Assembly (NCBI RefSeq): GCF_001194135.2
Contig: NC_068986.1
Span: 97,120,521-97,178,410, forward strand
DNA from: Octopus bimaculoides
Lineage: Eukaryota
Direction of reading: 5' to 3'
DNA length: 57,890 nucleotides
This document shows, in pieces, positions 52,073 through 57,890 of the stretch. The position numbers and the translations under genes are program-made. The notes below the pieces were generated by a model. That model made no database searches. It saw only the letters and a program-made list of their open reading frames with translations, and was not told where the DNA came from. Position 1 is the stretch's first letter, and each line of letters starts with the position of its first letter.

Positions 52073-53229
52073 TATGTGTATACGTGTGCTTTTTTCGTTT
52101 GTGTGTCTTTTGTTTTGTGTATAATGTACACAGAATACCAATACGAAATATGATATCGTAAATAAATAGATTTAACATTAAATACAAAAGTCAAATTTAA
52201 AATTATAAATACACTTTACAAATGAATATAGTCTTAGTTGCTTAAATGCAAGGGCTAATCCTGTGAGGTGTGATGATTACGTGGCTTCGAGAACATTATA
52301 ACAATTTTAAATTTAACAATTGCTGTATAATCGCTAACATTTGATGCATAAAACGTGATTACATGAGGAAATTGAGGAATTAGGAAAATTACTCTGTTGA
52401 TATGATATGACAAGCTGTGTACTTTGAACGAACAGGAGTTATTTCAAGATCGCATTAGCATATAGAGAACAGATAATTGATTTTGAACGAGTTGACGTGA
52501 ACTATAATAAATGGCGTGGGATGAATTTGGAGTGGATGTGAGCACAATCGGTTTTGTGACAATGCTGGCGTGAGCAGGTGTTGATGCAAATATATTCAAG
52601 AATATACCTGCAGTAATCTCCTAATTCTTGAGTTTTAAAGACGAAATGCATAAATATATAGATAAGGAAGCATGAAAGTCCAAAATGCGTACGTACGATG
52701 TAATCAAACATCCCGTATTTGTTTCGAAAGGATAAGCTTTACATGCATACATACATCCATCCATCAATCCATCCATCCATCCATCCATACATACATTCAT
52801 ACATACATCCATCAAACCATCCATCCATCCATCCATCCATCCATCCATCCATACATACATACATGTATGCATGCAAATATACAATAAAAAGGAGTCCTAG
52901 TGAAAACCTTAAAAAAATGTAAACACAATAGACCTGATATAATGATTTAGAATAGAGAAGAGAAACTGAAAAACTAGAAATCAGCTGCTCTCTGCATTCA
53001 ATCCACACCCCTCTCCGCATTCTTCCAAATCCATGTAATTCGTATTATAATGTCCCCATAAACTTTTCCTTTTTTACTTCTCTGCTTTCCATTGAAGAAC
53101 ATACAACTCTCCCTTTTTTCTTCTTTGCAGCATAAAATTACTTATATGCTATTCTTCCTGCTTAACTCTTCCAGTTATAAAACAAGTTGGTAAGCCAAAT
53201 AGCTTGGTAACCATACATCTTTCGCTTCT

Positions 53230-53790
53230 AACTGAAGTAAATAACAACAACTGTCTCGAGAAAGGCCAAAATCATGGAATAGCAAAAAACGTATTGCGAA
53301 GAATAGCAAGATCTCGGAATAGCAAAGACGTATATCGGAACGACGGGCAGTTCGTTCAAGGAAAAGTATGCACATCTGGCATCATTCAGAGACAAAAACA
53401 AAAATAGAAAAAACATGTAACGTCCCTGTCAAATATGATATGGACATTGAAAGAAGGTAGTATAAGCAACCCCCGGTTAGGAAGGAAAATTATTGCTAAA
53501 GCCGAAAAAAAAAAAAATAACAGAGGACGGTGTACCAAATGTGAACCCTGTATTACTAAAAAATTAAACGTTATAAAATCAACAGATAACATCCTAAATA
53601 TTGGAGATGAAACCGTCTCTCTCTTCATGCACAAGCAATATTTTTTACACTCAAACATTTCGAAGAAGTGCCACGATAAACCCACCAGAATAGCCCCTTT
53701 CCTAAACGTGAAGACATGTTTTGCACACAAACTCCACATAAAGAAGAAATATGCCCGAATGACGAACTACCTCAGCACACAAGTATAAAA
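53230..53790 (+). mobile_element. PLE 3' fragment with GIY-YIG endonuclease (frameshifted)
   Basis: KTYIGTTGSSFKEKYAHLASFR, TSLSNMIWTLKE, CTKCEPC..KK, LNIGDE...MHK match the GIY-YIG and C..C/H tail of PLEs. Confidence 0.8.
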
Positions 53791-53845
53791 ACATGCCCAT
53801 AATAAAAACAAAATGAAACAAAGAAACTGACCACACAAAAATTAT

Positions 53846-53886
<41 letters not shown>

Positions 53887-53897
53887 TATATATATGC

Positions 53898-53973
<76 letters not shown>

Positions 53974-54050
53974 GCGTGTGTGTATGTTTGCGTGTGTGTA
54001 TGTATGTTTGTATGTACGTACGCTTATGTGCAAGTAAATGTGTATTCATA

Positions 54051-54950
54051 CACGAGCGGATACCCAAAAGTAACCGGAAACGTTCTCTGTGGGACAAACC
54101 TTTGTAGTTCGGTCTTCTGCCACTAGAAGCAACTTGATGCAACCTTTAGGCATCAGCCTGCAGACCGGCGCCGTCTAATGAAGTCGTACTGCCCCGTGAT
54201 GTGTCTTTTTTTTACAGTGCCTTTCTCCAGTTCGTCGATTTTAATCATTGCTGAAATGGAGGAACAGCGTGCTTTCGTGAAATTCTGTTTTCTGCTGGGA
54301 AATACGGCAGCCGAAACAGTTCTCATACTCCAAACAGCTTACATGCACGCTGCTATGAACAAAACACAAGTTTACGAGTGGTTTTCATGCTTTACATATG
54401 GTCACTTGTCGCTGGAAAACCAGCCTCGTTCAGAGCGATCGTCGACCTCTCGAAAGAATGAAACATCATGGAAATTCATGAGCTGATCTTGGAGGACCGT
54501 CACTGAACAATTGGCGAACTTGTTGATATGACTGGTGTGTCCTCGAGCAACCGAATTTTGAGTGAGGAATTGCGAAAGAAAAGAGATGCAGCAAAATGTG
54601 TGCCTCGCTTCCTCACAGAAGATCAAACGCAGTCACGACCGAATGCGTGTCGGGAAGTGAATGAACAGTTGGAAGTTGATCCAGACCTTTTTTTCCAAGG
54701 TCATTAGCGGTGATGAAAGCTGGTGCTACGAAATTTGCAGATGTGGAAGAGTTGAAGAAAAAAACGACAGAGGCATTAAAAGGCATCGCTTCGCAAGAGT
54801 TCCAGAACTGCTTCGAAATGTGAAAAACGCGTGTTGACCGATGCATTGCTTCAAATGAAGAGTACTTTGAAGGCGATAGAAGTGTAAGCATGTAAAACTA
54901 AGTGTATAAAATAACATTGCAAAATTCCGGTTTCTTTTGGGTACACCTCG
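54051..54950 (+). mobile_element. mariner element with internal deletion (~900 bp)
   Basis: TIRs cgagcggatacccaaaagtaaccgg / ccggtttcttttgggtacacctcg. ORF from 54256 reads MEEQRAFVKFCFLLGNTAAET...VYEWF, then KCVPRFLT and ISGDESWCY. It then jumps to KFADVEELKKK...RCIASNEEYFEGD, so the second and third Asp are deleted. Confidence 0.92.
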
Positions 54951-55255
54951 ATATAAATTTCTTTGTTAAACATCCAGGAAAATTTTAGAATGCAGTTACT
55001 TCTGTAACTTGTCTTAGTCTCGTGCAATAGACATTTGATGGCGAGATATTTTACGCTGTCTGATCTGTCCACTTCAATGTTCTTCCGAAATGTCTTTTTC
55101 TCTGCCGTAAAACGATTAAGTATGCTGTATGGAGCAGCCATACAGCATAAATATTCGGACTTCATGTTCATCGGATTACTGTTATGCATTTATTATTGAA
55201 TTGTAAGTACTATACATACATACATACATACATACATACATACATACATACATAC

Positions 55256-55319
<64 letters not shown>

Positions 55320-55324
55320 TTGTG

Positions 55325-55620
55325 TAGGGGCAAGACTTAGTGCTTAGTGTATTCGAAAGTTTGTGTGTTGATTACCGGCGGCGGTTGTGTCTTTGAACAA
55401 GACACTTTGTTTCCCGTTGCTCCATCCACGCAGCTGGCAAAAATGAGTTGTACAAGTAGCTCAATAGGCCAGCCTCGTCACCTTCAGTGTCACGCTGAAT
55501 TTAATTCAGAACTGCGTTGAGGGTGCGCATGTGTGTGGAGTGCTCAGCCATTTGCACGTTAATATGACAAGGGCAAGCTGTTCCGTTGATCGAATCAACT
55601 GAAGCATTCATCATCGTAAC
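55325..55620 (+). mobile_element. SINE with the central domain shared with the 57584 family but a different 3' body
   Basis: GTGTCTTTGAACAAGACACTTTGTTTCCCGTTGCTCCATCCACGCAGCTG...AAATGAGTTG matches 57662-57726; the downstream sequence does not. Confidence 0.7.
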
Positions 55621-56479
55621 CCACATTGTGGTCAATCATATGTGTATTTATACATTTATATTATATACATACATATAAGAACACCCACTGCTTCCTAATC
55701 ACACAGTTACTGCCGTCAGTCTCACCGCAGAAGGGTCCATCACTTATAATGTTTTCAAAGTGAACTAATTCAAACAAACTTCCTGCTTTTAGTATTCGGT
55801 TGAAGGTATGGCATTAATTTAAAAATCAAACTGAATTTTGGTCTTATAATCACCTTTACCGGTTTTACAATTGAATCGTGGTTTATATTACAATAAATTG
55901 TTACAATATATTACAATATTACAATAAATTGTAGAAGTTCTGCTTACATTTTACTGTCTGGAATATATTATTGATTCACGTGTAATTCACTTACGTTTGT
56001 GTTTACATCCTCAATTAATATATACTAATATATNNNNNNNNNNNNNNNNNNNNNNNNNNNNNNNNNNNNNNNNNNNNNNNNNNNNNNNNNNNNNNNNNNN
56101 NNNNNNNNNNNNNNNNNNNNNNNNNNNNNNNNNNNNNNNNNNNNNNNNNNNNNNNNNNNNNNNNNNNNNNNNNNNNNNNNNNNNNNNNNNNNNNNNNNNN
56201 NNNNNNNNNNNNNNNNNNNNNNNNNNNNNNNNNNNNNNNNNNNNNNNNNNNNNNNNNNNNNNNNNNNNNNNNNNNNNNNNNNNNNNNNNNNNNNNNNNNN
56301 NNNNNNNNNNNNNNNNNNNNNNNNNNNNNNNNNNNNNNNNNNNNNNNNNNNNNNNNNNNNNNNNNNNNNNNNNNNNNNNNNNNNNNNNNNNNNNNNNNNN
56401 NNNNNNNNNNNNNNNNNNNNNNNNNNNNNNNNNNNNNNNNNNNNNNNNNNNNNNNNNNNNNNNNNNNNNNNNNNNNNNN

Positions 56480-57300
56480 CAATAAGTTATAGCAGTACGT
56501 ACGTTTCGTACAAACTTCATTTATTCATGTAGTGAGAACACTACATAAAATGTGCAATGAAAATGTACTCCTCAGCTGCATAATGGAATTTCATTTTAGA
56601 AAGTCATTTTGTAGATGTGTGCAAAAAACAAGAGTAAGAGAAGAAAAAAATGTCATCTTGACTGGGCTGCTATTCAACAGTCTAGTGAATCAAACAAGAA
56701 TTTAAATTTCTGTATAATCTAATTGCAGTGGTAGTAGTAATTTCAATTTAGAGGAAGGTAGATTAAGTAGTGATGGACAGCAGGTTAGGGGTAAATCAAG
56801 CATGAGGGGAAAAAAATGAAAATGGAAGGACAATACTCTAAGGAGTGGTTAGAGAAAATTTAAGGTAAGGGAGTTTAGGTCAAAGAATTAAAGAATTATG
56901 TCTATTCTTCAGTATATATAAATATACAGTAGCTACTCCAACTAATAATTATATTTATGTTGGTTGCACTATCAACCTTAAACAACGATTATACAATCAT
57001 TTTTCCTCATTTAGACTTAAACATAAAGCCAATAGCACATCATTATCTAATGAAATTTGGGAATTGAAGGAAAATGGTATCGATTTTAATCTTAAATGGG
57101 AAATCGTCAGGAGAGCACAACCTTATAGAAATAATAGATATGGCTGTGGACTGTGCTCTATGGAAATTTATGAAATTCTGAAACTTAAGGATAATCCTAA
57201 TCTAATGAACAATAGATCTGACCTTAGGGTTCTATGTATACATTGTTACTCTCGCACCTTTAAATATTTTAAAAAGTAAATATTTTAAAAAGTAAATCTT
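56480..57300 (+). mobile_element. Penelope-like element 3' part; uninterrupted GIY-YIG frame at 56869-57279
   Basis: Open frame of 136 codons plus stop: ...CLFFSIYKYTVATPTNNYIYVGCTINLKQRLYNHFSSFR...TSLSNEIWELKE...KWEIV...CGLCSME...MNNRSDL...CIH...*. An upstream ISYSST fragment (KISYSC-like) lies at about 56482. Confidence 0.85.
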
Positions 57301-57471
57301 GCTAATAATTTATTATTTTAATTCCTCTAATTTCCCTGACTATTAACTACTTTATTTGAGTTATAACTTTTAAATATAAATTTAGAATANNNNNNNNNNT
57401 TTCGTTGTATTATTCTAAATATACTGAAGAATAGATATAATTCTTTAATTCCTTGACGATACATCCTTGGC

Positions 57472-57515
57472 GATACATCTTGGCACTAGAGACGTCGCAA
57501 CTCATTTCTAAAGCT
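57472..57515 (-). mobile_element. Short inverted fragment of the tRNA(Arg)-like SINE body
   Basis: gatacatcttggcactagagacgtcgcaactcatttctaaagct matches 21450-21494 in the same orientation. Confidence 0.65.
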
Positions 57516-57583
57516 ATATATGTGTGTGTGTGGTGTGTGTGCGTGTGTATGTGTGTGTGTGCGTGTGCGTGTGTGTGTGTGAA

Positions 57584-57890
57584 GGCGCATGGCTCAGTGG
57601 TTAGAGCATCGAGCTTACGATCGTGAGGTTATGAGTTCGAATCCCGGACCGGGCTGCGTGGTGTGTTCTTGAGCAAGACATTTTATCTTACGTTGCTCCA
57701 GTTCACTCAGCTGTAGAAATGAGTTGCGACGTTACAGGTGCCGAGCTGTATCGGCTTTGCTTTCCCCTTGGATAACACTGGTGGCGTGGAGAGGGGAGGC
57801 TGGTATGCATGGGCGACTGCTGGTCTTCCATAAACATCCTTGCCCGGACTTGTGCTTGGGAGGGTAACTTTCTAGGTGCAATCCCATGGT
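57584..57890 (+). mobile_element. tRNA(Arg)-like SINE running off the window end
   Basis: A box TGGCTCAGTGG (57590-57600), B box GTTCGAATC (57635-57643) and an anticodon-like loop TTACGAT (ACG). There is no acceptor-stem closure, and the body matches 21272-21620. Consistent with the Arg-tRNA-derived SINEs described in octopus. Confidence 0.9.

Noticed and set aside
53131-53189. Exon-like segment with strong acceptor and gtaagc donor
   Set aside because: Its peptide IKLLICYSSCL resembles the PLE IK.SYSC motif and lies just upstream of a PLE GIY-YIG fragment, so it is probably transposon-derived. RNA-seq could still reveal exonisation.
57584-57660. Possible tRNA-Arg gene
   Set aside because: The acceptor stem does not close, and it continues into a SINE body shared with 21272-21620.

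Overview
This is an AT-rich, microsatellite-saturated animal genomic window with about 5.4 kb of assembly gaps (17 N-runs, most abutting simple repeats). The SINE families and repeat landscape point to a coleoid cephalopod, most likely Octopus; that is recognition from memory, not a database result. No intact host gene is evident, and the window reads as a large intron or intergenic region, with one good and a few weak micro-exon candidates. Recognisable content is almost all transposon debris: an RTE LINE, an RLE-endonuclease (R4/Dong/NeSL-like) LINE, two Tx1/L1 fragments, about seven Penelope-like (GIY-YIG) remnants, five or six Tc1/mariner derivatives (including a DD37D element), a Tigger/pogo element, several MITE/fold-back palindromes and at least four tRNA-derived SINE families. 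The items most worth follow-up are (1) a minimal type I hammerhead ribozyme at 39336-39410 (-), (2) non-LTR elements sitting inside matching tetranucleotide microsatellites, suggesting target-specific families, (3) several long near-perfect palindromes, and (4) mariner derivatives that break close to the first catalytic Asp. Nearly all ORFs in the supplied track are microsatellite or N-run artefacts. Element boundaries are estimated by eye.
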